DNA of 64,000 nt from an uncultured delta proteobacterium (lineage in GTDB: Bacteria; Myxococcota; Kuafuiibacteriia; Kuafuiibacteriales; Kuafuiibacteriaceae), in contig CAWDML010000001.1 in assembly GCA_963803435.1 (NCBI GenBank), forward strand, positions 704,001-768,000, read 5' to 3'. Positions 41,280 to 50,271 of the stretch are shown piece by piece. How positions within the stretch are numbered: the stretch's first letter is position 1; each line of letters begins with the position of its first letter. The position numbers were made by a program, and so were the translations under genes. The notes below the pieces were generated by a model, which had not been told where the DNA came from, ran no database searches, and saw only the letters and a program-made list of their open reading frames with translations.

Positions 41280-43682
41280 TTGTGCTCCAAGAGGATCTGG
41301 CCCGCGGTCCTGGCCGCGGCGCTGGGCGTGGCGGGATCCGCCCACGCCCAGACGACCGGCACGTCGACGGCCACGAGCGAGCTCGTGCCGCCGAGGCTGC
41401 TGACGAAGCCCGAAGCCCGCTACCCCGAGGCGGCCCTGCGCGATCGGGTGGGGGGCACCGTGCTCCTCGAGCTGGCGGTGACGGCCACCGGGACGGTCGC
41501 CTCGGTCGTCCCGGTCTCCGGCCCGCGGGCTGATCTGGTGGCGGCCGCCAAGGAGGCGGCCCTCGACTTCCGCTTCGAGCCTGCCCGCTATCGAGGCGAG
41601 CCAATCCCGATCGTGGTCCGCTATCGAACCACCTTCGCGCCGCCACCGTCGCCTCTCCCGCCCGCGCTCCCGCCGGTGGCGACGGCCACGCCCGCGGCGA
41701 CGGCCACCGGCTCGGGCGATCGCTACGCGGTGATCGTGCGGGGCGCCGCGCCCGTGGTGCGGAGCGCGTCCGAGGTGGTGCGCGGGAAGGCGGTCCTCTC
41801 GGCGGCGCCGCATCGCTCGGCGGACGAGCTGTTGTTCGTGGTGCCGGGCATCTTCATCACGAAGCACAGCGGCGAAGGCAAGGCCTTCCAGATCTTCTAC
41901 CGCGGCTTCGACGCCGTGCACGGCCAGGACCTCGAGATCTGGGCGGCGGGCGCGCCGGTCAACGACGTCTCGAACCTGCACGGCCAGGGCTACGCCGACC
42001 TCCACTTCCTCCCGGTGGAGGTGGTCAAGACGCTGCGCGCCACGCCCGGCGCCTACGATCCGCGCCAGGGCGACTTCGCGGTGGCCGGAACGCTCCGCTT
42101 CGACGTGGGGCTCGATTGGCCCGGCATCACGGCCAAGCTGGAGGGCGGTCAGTTCGACACGCTCCGCGTGTTCCTCGGCTACCGGCCCGAGACGGCCACC
42201 GAGGACACCTTCGCCGCCGTGGAGCTCTACCATACGGGCGGCTTCGGTCCCTCGCGCGCGGCCGATCGCGCCGCCGGCGTCGCCCAGTGGGTGCAACCGC
42301 TCGGCGACGGCGTCGACCTCCGCCTGTTCGCCAGCGCCTATGCCACGCACTTCGCCTCCGCCGGCGTCCTGCGGCTCGCCGATGTCGAGGACGGGAGCGT
42401 CGATCGCTACGCCACCTACGATCCGACGCAGGGCGGCGCGTCCAGCCGGGTGCAGGTGGTGGCCGGCCTGGGCCACGAGGACGCCGGCGATGCCTGGTCG
42501 CTGTCGCCCTACTTCGTCCTGCGCACGCTCCGCCTCCGCGAGAACTTCACCGGCTTCCTCAAGGATCCGGACGGCGACTCGGAGCAGCAGTTGAACGACG
42601 ACCTGGTGGTGGGCGCCACCGGCTACTACCGCCGTCGCCTCCACCTGCTCTCCCACCGCGACTCGATCGAGGCGGGCGTCTTCGCGCGGGCCGACTGGAT
42701 CGATCAGTCGCAGCGCCGCGTCTCGGTCGTCGACGCCTCGGTCACCGCCGACGAGGTCGACGCGCGGGTGCGGGGCCTCGACGTCGCCGGCTACCTCGAT
42801 CTCTCGGTGTCGCCCTGCGACTTCCTGACCGTCCGCGCCGGGGCCCGTCTCGACGGCCTCGCCTACTTCGCCGAGGACCAGGGCGGCGCCGCCGAGGGCC
42901 AGGCCCGCGCCTCGCAGGGCACGCACCTCGGCCTCAAGGGCACCGTCGACGTCCGCATCGTGCCCGCGCTCCACGCGCTGGTGAGCTACGGCGACGGCTT
43001 CCGCTCCCCGCAGGCGCGCAGCCTCTCCGAGGGCGAGACCACACCCTTCACCACGGTGCGCTCCGGCGAGGTCGGGCTCCGGCTGAAGCTGCCCCATCTC
43101 ACCGCCTCGCTGGCGGGCTTCCTCACCACGCTCAGCGACGATCTGGTGTTCGACCAGTCGACCTCCCGGAACGAGCGGGTCCCCTCCACGCGCCGGATCG
43201 GAGGGACTGCGGAGCTGGTGACCTCGCCGTTCGAAGGCTTCACGGCGGCCGCCAGCTTCACGTTCACCGACGCCGAGCTCACCGGGAGCAACGACAGGTT
43301 CCACGCCGGTGATCTCGTCCCGTACGCGCCTCAGATCGTGGCCCGGCTCGACACCTCGTACGGCCGCGAGCTGGGTGCGCTCTTCGCGCTGCCGGTCAGC
43401 GTCAAGGTCGGCGCCGCGCTCTCCGTGCTGGCGCGGCGCCCGCTGCCGTTCGACGAGATCGGACACGACATCATCCTCGTCGACGCGCTCGCAGAGCTGG
43501 GCTTCGGCCCGGGTCGGCTCGGCGTCGAGGTCTACAATCTCCTCGGCACGCGCTGGTACGACGGCGAGTTCGTCTTCGCGTCGAGGTTCGATCCATCCAA
43601 CGCCGCGGCCCTGGTGCCCGAGCGTCACGTCACCGTCGGTGCGCCGCGCACCGTGCTCGCCTCGGTGGCGATCGACTTTTGA
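41280..43682 (+). CDS. TonB-dependent receptor with an N-terminal TonB C-terminal-like domain
   Basis: TTG start 6 nt after GGAGG; signal peptide; YPEAA..G.V.L..V...G.V...FRFEPA (TonB_C); plug HSGEGKA.QIF.RGFDAVHGQD..VN..SN.HGQGYAD; C-terminal Phe. Confidence 0.9.
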   Translation: MCSKRIWPAVLAAALGVAGSAHAQTTGTSTATSELVPPRLLTKPEARYPEAALRDRVGGTVLLELAVTATGTVASVVPVSGPRADLVAAAKEAALDFRFEPARYRGEPIPIVVRYRTTFAPPPSPLPPALPPVATATPAATATGSGDRYAVIVRGAAPVVRSASEVVRGKAVLSAAPHRSADELLFVVPGIFITKHSGEGKAFQIFYRGFDAVHGQDLEIWAAGAPVNDVSNLHGQGYADLHFLPVEVVKTLRATPGAYDPRQGDFAVAGTLRFDVGLDWPGITAKLEGGQFDTLRVFLGYRPETATEDTFAAVELYHTGGFGPSRAADRAAGVAQWVQPLGDGVDLRLFASAYATHFASAGVLRLADVEDGSVDRYATYDPTQGGASSRVQVVAGLGHEDAGDAWSLSPYFVLRTLRLRENFTGFLKDPDGDSEQQLNDDLVVGATGYYRRRLHLLSHRDSIEAGVFARADWIDQSQRRVSVVDASVTADEVDARVRGLDVAGYLDLSVSPCDFLTVRAGARLDGLAYFAEDQGGAAEGQARASQGTHLGLKGTVDVRIVPALHALVSYGDGFRSPQARSLSEGETTPFTTVRSGEVGLRLKLPHLTASLAGFLTTLSDDLVFDQSTSRNERVPSTRRIGGTAELVTSPFEGFTAAASFTFTDAELTGSNDRFHAGDLVPYAPQIVARLDTSYGRELGALFALPVSVKVGAALSVLARRPLPFDEIGHDIILVDALAELGFGPGRLGVEVYNLLGTRWYDGEFVFASRFDPSNAAALVPERHVTVGAPRTVLASVAIDF

Positions 43683-43696
43683 AGGAGGTCCGAAGC

Positions 43697-44476
43697 ATGC
43701 GTTCACCGTTCCTGCTCCTCTTCACCGCGCTTCTCGGCTGCGGCGGTACCACCGGAAGACGGGTCGTCCTCCACACTGAGCTCGAGACCGACGTGGGCGC
43801 TGATCGAACGTTCGTCACCAGCCTGGGCTGGACGGTCACGCTCGACGCCGCCGCCGTCTCCACCGGCGCGCTGTACTATTACGACGGCGAGCCCGCCTTC
43901 ACCGAGGCGCGGCCGGGCCCCGTGGATCGCTTCTTCGCCGCGCTCTCACCGATCCAGGTCGCGTACGCCCATCCCGGGCACTACCTCGCGGGCAACGCCA
44001 AGGGGCAGGTCCTGTCGCCCTACTCCGTCGATCTGCTGGGCGGAGCGGCGATGCTCCCCGACGGCGAGGGGATCTCGGGCGAGTACCGCTCGGCGACCTT
44101 CTCGTTCGCGTCGCCGACCGAGGGCCCAGCCCTCTCGACGCTCGACGGTCACGTGGCGATCGCGCGGGGCACAGCCACGCTGGATGGACGTATGGTCCAC
44201 TTCGCCGCCGACGCCGATCTCGCAGACATCGAGCGCACCGCCAAGGACGGCCAGGTCACCGGGTGCGTGTTCTCGGAGACGGACGTCGAGGAGGACGGGA
44301 CGGTCACGGTCACCGTGCGCCCCAAGGTCTGGTTCAACCTGGTCGACTTCGCGGAGCTCCCGGAGGGCTCGGCGGAGGCGCCCAGCACGCTCGCGCCCGA
44401 CAGCACCGCTCGCATCGCGTTCGCGCTGGGACTCGCCCAGCTCAGCGCCTACGAGCTCCACTACACGAAGCCTTGA
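43697..44476 (+). CDS. Hypothetical lipoprotein with AHPGH motif (putative metal-binding)
   Basis: SD AGGAGG, MRSPFLLLFTALLGC lipobox, internal AYAHPGHY, WFNLVDF. Confidence 0.75.
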   Translation: MRSPFLLLFTALLGCGGTTGRRVVLHTELETDVGADRTFVTSLGWTVTLDAAAVSTGALYYYDGEPAFTEARPGPVDRFFAALSPIQVAYAHPGHYLAGNAKGQVLSPYSVDLLGGAAMLPDGEGISGEYRSATFSFASPTEGPALSTLDGHVAIARGTATLDGRMVHFAADADLADIERTAKDGQVTGCVFSETDVEEDGTVTVTVRPKVWFNLVDFAELPEGSAEAPSTLAPDSTARIAFALGLAQLSAYELHYTKP

Positions 44477-44487
44477 GAGGAAGAGAG

Positions 44488-45351
44488 ATGAAGACACCGA
44501 TCGCCATCCTATGTCTGACGTGCGCCACCGCCTGCGGGGGCGGCGCCGGAACCGCCAAGTTCACCACCTGGGGCGAAGAGTACATCGAGGAGATGATCCC
44601 GGCCGATCCCGAGGGCGAGGCCGGCTTCGTCGACGGCTGGACCCTCCACTACGACCGCTTCCTGGTGACGATGCACCAGATCCAGGTGGCGGCCAGCGAC
44701 GGGACCGTGGGCGCGACCATGGAGGGCTCGAAGCTGATCGACAACACCACGCCCGGCCGCAAGGACCTGGTCTCGTTCACCGATCTGGAGGCGCGGGAGT
44801 GGGACGCGGTCAGCTATCAGATCAAGCCCGCGACCCCGACCTCCGAGCTGGTCGGCGCGACCGAGGCCGACCGCACCCTGATGGTGGACAACGGTTGGTC
44901 GATCTACGTCGAGGGCTCGGCCACCAAGACCAGCACCGCCGGGCCGGTCACCAAGACGTTCCACCTCGGCTACCCCACCGCGACCCAGTACTCGAGCTGC
45001 CAGCAGCCCGAGGACAGCGGGCACGCGATCCTCGGCATCGTGGTCACCGACGGCGGCACCGACGTCAGCGAGCTCACCACGCACGGCGATCACTTCTACT
45101 ACGACCGGCTCAAGGCCTCGCCCGATCCGGCGGTCAAGACGGTGCTGCGCTTCGACGAGAAGGCGGCCGCCGACACCGACGCCGACGGTGAGATCACGCA
45201 GGAGGAGCTCGACGCCGAGCGTATCGACGTCATGAAGTACGATCCCTCCGGCTTCGACGCGCCGACCTTGGGCGCATTCATGACCGCGCTGGCCCGCACC
45301 ATCGGCCACTTTCGCGGCGAGGGCGAGTGCACCATCTCCAAGATCCAGTGA
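44488..45351 (+). CDS. Hypothetical lipoprotein with HGDH motif and EF-hand-like loop
   Basis: MKTPIAILCLTCATAC lipobox; WGEEYIE, THGDHFYYD, DTDADGEITQEEL, GHFRGEGEC. Confidence 0.75.
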   Translation: MKTPIAILCLTCATACGGGAGTAKFTTWGEEYIEEMIPADPEGEAGFVDGWTLHYDRFLVTMHQIQVAASDGTVGATMEGSKLIDNTTPGRKDLVSFTDLEAREWDAVSYQIKPATPTSELVGATEADRTLMVDNGWSIYVEGSATKTSTAGPVTKTFHLGYPTATQYSSCQQPEDSGHAILGIVVTDGGTDVSELTTHGDHFYYDRLKASPDPAVKTVLRFDEKAAADTDADGEITQEELDAERIDVMKYDPSGFDAPTLGAFMTALARTIGHFRGEGECTISKIQ

Positions 45352-45352
45352 G

Positions 45353-46519
<1,167 letters not shown>

Positions 46520-46543
46520 GAGCTCAGCATGGCACGACCTCGC

Positions 46544-46816
46544 TCAACGGGGAGGACGGAGGTCGTCCGGCAGGCGACCGGCCGGCGGGCGCGGCAGCAC
46601 CGGAGGACGCTCGAGCGTGCCCGGCGTGACGCCGCCGTCGAGATCGGTGCCGCCGTCCTCGGTCATCATCATGCCGCCGTCGGCGGTCATCATCATGCCG
46701 CTGTCGCGTTTAGTGCCGGAGTCGGTCCCCGAGTCCGCCGTCTGATCGGTGTCCTTGCACGCGACCGCCCCCAGCATCAGCCCGAGGCAGACCGTGATGA
46801 GGTATAGGTATCGCAT
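46544..46816 (-). CDS. Small Met-rich lipoprotein
   Basis: AVAC lipobox, GMMMTADGGMMMTEDGG, Pro/Arg-rich tail LERPP.LPRPP..RLP.DL.PPR; start overlaps the upstream stop. Confidence 0.7.
   Translation of the reverse strand: MRYLYLITVCLGLMLGAVACKDTDQTADSGTDSGTKRDSGMMMTADGGMMMTEDGGTDLDGGVTPGTLERPPVLPRPPAGRLPDDLRPPR
46649..46705. repeat. 24-bp tandem repeat (2.4 copies) encoding the MMM motifs
   Basis: GCCGCCGTCCTCGGTCATCATCAT / GCCGCCGTCGGCGGTCATCATCAT / GCCGCTGTC. Confidence 0.8.
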
Positions 46817-47502
46817 CAGTACTTGACCCAGATCTCGGTGGCCGCGGGGATGCTGGTCAGCGTCTCAACGTCGGTCTCCGCCTCGATCAGCTCCTTGGTC
46901 GCCGGGTTGCTGCTGTACGCCGAGCTTCCGGCCCAGACGATCTGCGCGTCGTCGAACACCGTGAGATCGTCCATCTGCGCCGCGACCATCACCTTGTTCC
47001 AACCCGGGAAGCGCGGGGGAAGGATCTGCAGCGCAGCCGCAGGCTCCCCCTCCTCGCCGGGCAGCGCCTCCCACTCGACCGTCGTCACCTCGCCCGTGGC
47101 GGCGCGGCAGGTCTGGGTGGCGTGGAAGTAGAGCGTCTGGAAGGGCGTGTCGGGGACGTTGATGCGGATCTGGAACTGGTAGAACTGGTCGTCGGCCGGT
47201 CGGGCGGCCGCCTTGGTCCATTCGACCGATAGAGGAATCCCGGCCGAGCTGGTGGCCACGGTCGCTTCACCGAAGGGCCCTGGGACCGCCCGGACCGTGG
47301 TGATGGCCTCGGGGAGGTGGACGAGCACCCCAATCGTGTCGGCGCCAGTGCAGCCGTGTCCGACCGAGAACGTCAGGAGCTGGCCTCTGGCCCCGGCGTA
47401 GACCGGGCTGGCGACCGTGATGTGCGCGAAGGCGGGGGCCGCGAGGCCGACGAGGGCGCACCCTAGGGTGAGGGCGAGAGAGTGACGAAGAGCAGAATTC
47501 AC
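46816..47502 (-). CDS. YcnI/DUF1775-family copper-binding protein with an extra C-terminal domain
   Basis: Signal peptide cleaved before His (AFA-HITV), VGHGC, YFHATQTC, VEW. Confidence 0.8.
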   Translation of the reverse strand: MNSALRHSLALTLGCALVGLAAPAFAHITVASPVYAGARGQLLTFSVGHGCTGADTIGVLVHLPEAITTVRAVPGPFGEATVATSSAGIPLSVEWTKAAARPADDQFYQFQIRINVPDTPFQTLYFHATQTCRAATGEVTTVEWEALPGEEGEPAAALQILPPRFPGWNKVMVAAQMDDLTVFDDAQIVWAGSSAYSSNPATKELIEAETDVETLTSIPAATEIWVKY

Positions 47503-47562
47503 AGAGACCTCCCGAATCAGTGAGATGGGGGCAGCCTAGATCACGGGAGCGAGTCGCCCAAC

Positions 47563-47577
47563 GCGACAAATGGTCGC
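47563..47577. promoter_or_regulatory. RegA/PrrA-like palindromic box
   Basis: GCGAC-AAATG-GTCGC in the divergent intergenic region. Confidence 0.5.
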
Positions 47578-47658
47578 AGCGCGCGGATCGATGTCCGAAC
47601 GTCGGCGGGTCGTGTCAGCATGAAACTCGGCCCGGTCGTGATCGTAGGAAGAAGAGCG

Positions 47659-48456
47659 ATGAAGCCCGCGCGCTTGTCATCCGTCATGCTGCTGGCGCTC
47701 ACCGCCTGTCTCGCCGGCTCCGACCCGCAGCCTCCGGCACGCCGCACCTGCGACGGCGATCCCCGCGCCAGCACGTACGAGCCGGGCCTCACGCGAGAGA
47801 GCAAGGACGGTCTGTTCACCGCGCGCCTCGAGGAGACGTCTCCGCCCACGCCGGGCCGCGGTGAGAACGTGTGGAACCTCGCGCTCGTCGACGCCGCCGG
47901 CGATCCGATGACTCCGGACAGCGTGCGGCTCAAGGCCTGGATGCCCGACCACGGGCACGGCACCAACCCGCTCTGGAACGATCCGGTCGAGAGCTCCGAG
48001 CCCGGCCGCCCCCAGTTCGGCCCCTTCAATCTCTACATGAGCGGGCTGTGGGAGTTCACGATCCACGCGTCGGCCGGTGCGACCGAGGACGAGGCCACCC
48101 TCGCGTTCTGCATCACGAAGGAAGACGTCGAAGATCCCGGGTTCGACGGCGGCGTCCCCGTCGACGACGCCGGCATGCCGATCGTGTGCGAGGTGACCGC
48201 GCCGACCAGCTGCCCCAGCCCGTCCCCCCGCTACGCCGACGTGGAGCCGATCTTCGCCGAGCGCTGCTTCGGCTGCCACGACGGCTCCGGCGATCAGTGG
48301 CCGCTCACGTCGTACGAGCACGTCGCCGACTGGTTCGCGGAGATCCGCGGCATGCTGCTCGCCTGCACCATGCCGCCGCCCGACTCGGGTGTCCCGATGA
48401 GCGTCGAAGAGCGGGAGCAGATCCTCGGCTGGATCCGCTGCGGCTTCCCGCCCTGA
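47659..48456 (+). CDS. YtkA/FixH-like lipoprotein fused to a mono-heme cytochrome c domain
   Basis: LTAC lipobox; WMPDHGHG and MSGLWEFT (YtkA/FixH); linker; CFGCH and TMPP. Confidence 0.75.
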   Translation: MKPARLSSVMLLALTACLAGSDPQPPARRTCDGDPRASTYEPGLTRESKDGLFTARLEETSPPTPGRGENVWNLALVDAAGDPMTPDSVRLKAWMPDHGHGTNPLWNDPVESSEPGRPQFGPFNLYMSGLWEFTIHASAGATEDEATLAFCITKEDVEDPGFDGGVPVDDAGMPIVCEVTAPTSCPSPSPRYADVEPIFAERCFGCHDGSGDQWPLTSYEHVADWFAEIRGMLLACTMPPPDSGVPMSVEEREQILGWIRCGFPP

Positions 48457-48462
48457 GATCGC

Positions 48463-48897
48463 TCAGTCGTCCATCGCGCCGTTGGTGATCCACGCGCGGA
48501 TCGCGTCGAGGTCGCACTGTTGCAGATGCGGGCGGCCTTCGGGCATGCGGGCGCCGGGCGGGTCGGCGCTGCCGAGCTTGATCAAGAGAAAGCTGTCGTC
48601 GGGCTGTCCCGGCACCACGCGCTTCATCCAGGTCATCCGACCCACCGGATGCAAGGTGTTGCCGAGGAGATTCGCGAGCACCGCCGACTGCTCCGCCGAA
48701 AACATGAGCCCACCCGCCTTCGTCGCGTCGTGGCACGAGCTGTCGGCGCAGAACTCGGGGCGAGAGAGGCGCTCCGCGTAGATCGACGTCAGCGTCGAGT
48801 CGAGGCACGGCGGCGGCGGAGTCGAATCGTCGGTTTCGCCGCCCGAGCACGCAGCAAGCCCAAGAAGGACGGCCAACCCGATCGAGCCGGAGGACAT
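48463..48897 (-). CDS. Small c-type cytochrome-like lipoprotein (CX4CH)
   Basis: LAAC lipobox, CADSSCH, VVPGQPDDSFLLIKL, RMP, IRAWITNGA. Confidence 0.7.
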   Translation of the reverse strand: MSSGSIGLAVLLGLAACSGGETDDSTPPPPCLDSTLTSIYAERLSRPEFCADSSCHDATKAGGLMFSAEQSAVLANLLGNTLHPVGRMTWMKRVVPGQPDDSFLLIKLGSADPPGARMPEGRPHLQQCDLDAIRAWITNGAMDD

Positions 48898-48936
48898 GGC
48901 GCCATCATCAGTCAGAAACGGCCCCGGCCGACAACT

Positions 48937-48951
48937 GCGACAAACTGACGC
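48937..48951. promoter_or_regulatory. Second RegA/PrrA-like box
   Basis: GCGAC-AAACT-GACGC in the divergent intergenic region. Confidence 0.45.
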
Positions 48952-48962
48952 GGGGCCTTCGA

Positions 48963-48991
48963 TTGCCAAATCTCGGACCGATGATTAGCGT
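48963..48991 (+). promoter_or_regulatory. Sigma70-type promoter
   Basis: TTGCCA-N17-TAGCGT, GTG start 8 nt later with no SD. Confidence 0.55.
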
Positions 48992-48999
48992 CCGGCACC

Positions 49000-49449
49000 G
49001 TGAAGACCTATCTCATGCTCACGGTTGGACTCCTGGTCGGCTGCGGCTCCAGCGACCCGCCGGAGATGACCTCGGTGACCGTCAGCCCCGCCTCTGTCCA
49101 GCGCGGGACCGACGTCACCGTCAACGTCACTGTGGCGAACTTCGAGCTCCGAATGCCGGCCGAAGAGGAGGCGCTCACGGCCGCGGAGGAGGAGATCGCG
49201 CCGGCCACCGGCGACTATCCGGACGGCGGACACTTCCATATCTACCTCGACGACCTCGAGACCAACCCGATGCTGGTCAACTGCCCGGACTACTGCGACG
49301 ACAGCGCATTCATGACCTCGGTCCGCGCCCGCGTGCCCGACGACGCCACGGCGGGATCCCACATGGTGATCGTGCGGCTCAACAACGACTTCCACATGTT
49401 CCTGAATCCGCAGATCAAGGGACAAGCCCCGCTGATGGTCACGGAGTAG
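49000..49449 (+). CDS. Ig-fold lipoprotein with GHFH motif (DUF4399-like, putative metal-binding)
   Basis: LVGC lipobox; GGHFHIYLD, GSHMVIVRLNNDFH. Confidence 0.7.
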   Translation: MKTYLMLTVGLLVGCGSSDPPEMTSVTVSPASVQRGTDVTVNVTVANFELRMPAEEEALTAAEEEIAPATGDYPDGGHFHIYLDDLETNPMLVNCPDYCDDSAFMTSVRARVPDDATAGSHMVIVRLNNDFHMFLNPQIKGQAPLMVTE

Positions 49450-49798
49450 GACGACCCACCAGCCAGCGGGCCAGCTCGTGGCCGGCGATCACGAGCAGGA
49501 TCCCGAGCGCGATCGCCGGTAGTGCCCACGCGGCCATCCGACGCCGCCACAGCCGCTCCACGCGCGGGATCGCGGCGAGGCACGCACCGGCGAGGGCCCC
49601 GGCCAGCCCCCAGAGGATCAGGCCGTACCAACCCATGGTGAGGATCCCTGAGCCGGCGGTCATCCGCCACGTGCGCTCGACCGGCAGATACAGCGGTCGA
49701 GGCAGCCCAAACAGGTAGCTCGCGGAGTAGCCGACCACGGCACCGAGGACCGCGGAGAGCACCACCGGGCTCCGGGCGCGCGGGGACGGCGCCGTCAT
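49439..49798 (-). CDS. Small hypothetical membrane protein
   Basis: ATG 49798 overlaps the upstream TGA; three hydrophobic segments; YLPVERTW..MGWYG. Confidence 0.65.
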   Translation of the reverse strand: MTAPSPRARSPVVLSAVLGAVVGYSASYLFGLPRPLYLPVERTWRMTAGSGILTMGWYGLILWGLAGALAGACLAAIPRVERLWRRRMAAWALPAIALGILLVIAGHELARWLVGRPTP

Positions 49799-50250
49799 AT
49801 CGGTCGCAGCGTGACGAGCCCGAGACCGACGAGCCCGGCCCAGACAATCACCATCATGGCGAGCGCGGCGAGGGCGTCGGCGGTGGTGGAGAGCGGTGAA
49901 CGATCCCGCTCGAAGGGAAGGAGGACCTGGGCCAGCACCAGCCAGAAACCGAGCGCCACCCAGTGCTCCTTGATCTCGAACATCCCGGTCGCCCACGGGT
50001 GCGCGGCGTCCAGGTAGCCCGCGCGAACGTCCACCCGAAACGCCGGGTAGATGAGACCTCCCAGCAGCATGTTGGGCACGTAGAGCGCGAGCACCACGCG
50101 CGGATAGAGGCGGCGGAGACGAGCCTGAACGGGGAGCCCGAACAGATGGCGGATCCCGAGGACACCGTTGTGTACGCCGCTTCCGATCAAAGGGATCGCG
50201 AGGGCGGCGTGGAGCAAGAGGAGCAGCTTGTCATAGGGCTGCGCGATCAT
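49795..50250 (-). CDS. Hypothetical 4-TM membrane protein
   Basis: Four hydrophobic helices with His residues (LLHAA, GVHNG, FEIKEHW). Confidence 0.7.
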   Translation of the reverse strand: MIAQPYDKLLLLLHAALAIPLIGSGVHNGVLGIRHLFGLPVQARLRRLYPRVVLALYVPNMLLGGLIYPAFRVDVRAGYLDAAHPWATGMFEIKEHWVALGFWLVLAQVLLPFERDRSPLSTTADALAALAMMVIVWAGLVGLGLVTLRPI

Positions 50251-50271
50251 TCCGGCGTCGATTCGAACCCT

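Noticed and set aside
41340-41650. TonB C-terminal domain fused to the receptor as a novelty
   Set aside because: This architecture is already familiar from myxobacterial TonB-dependent receptors
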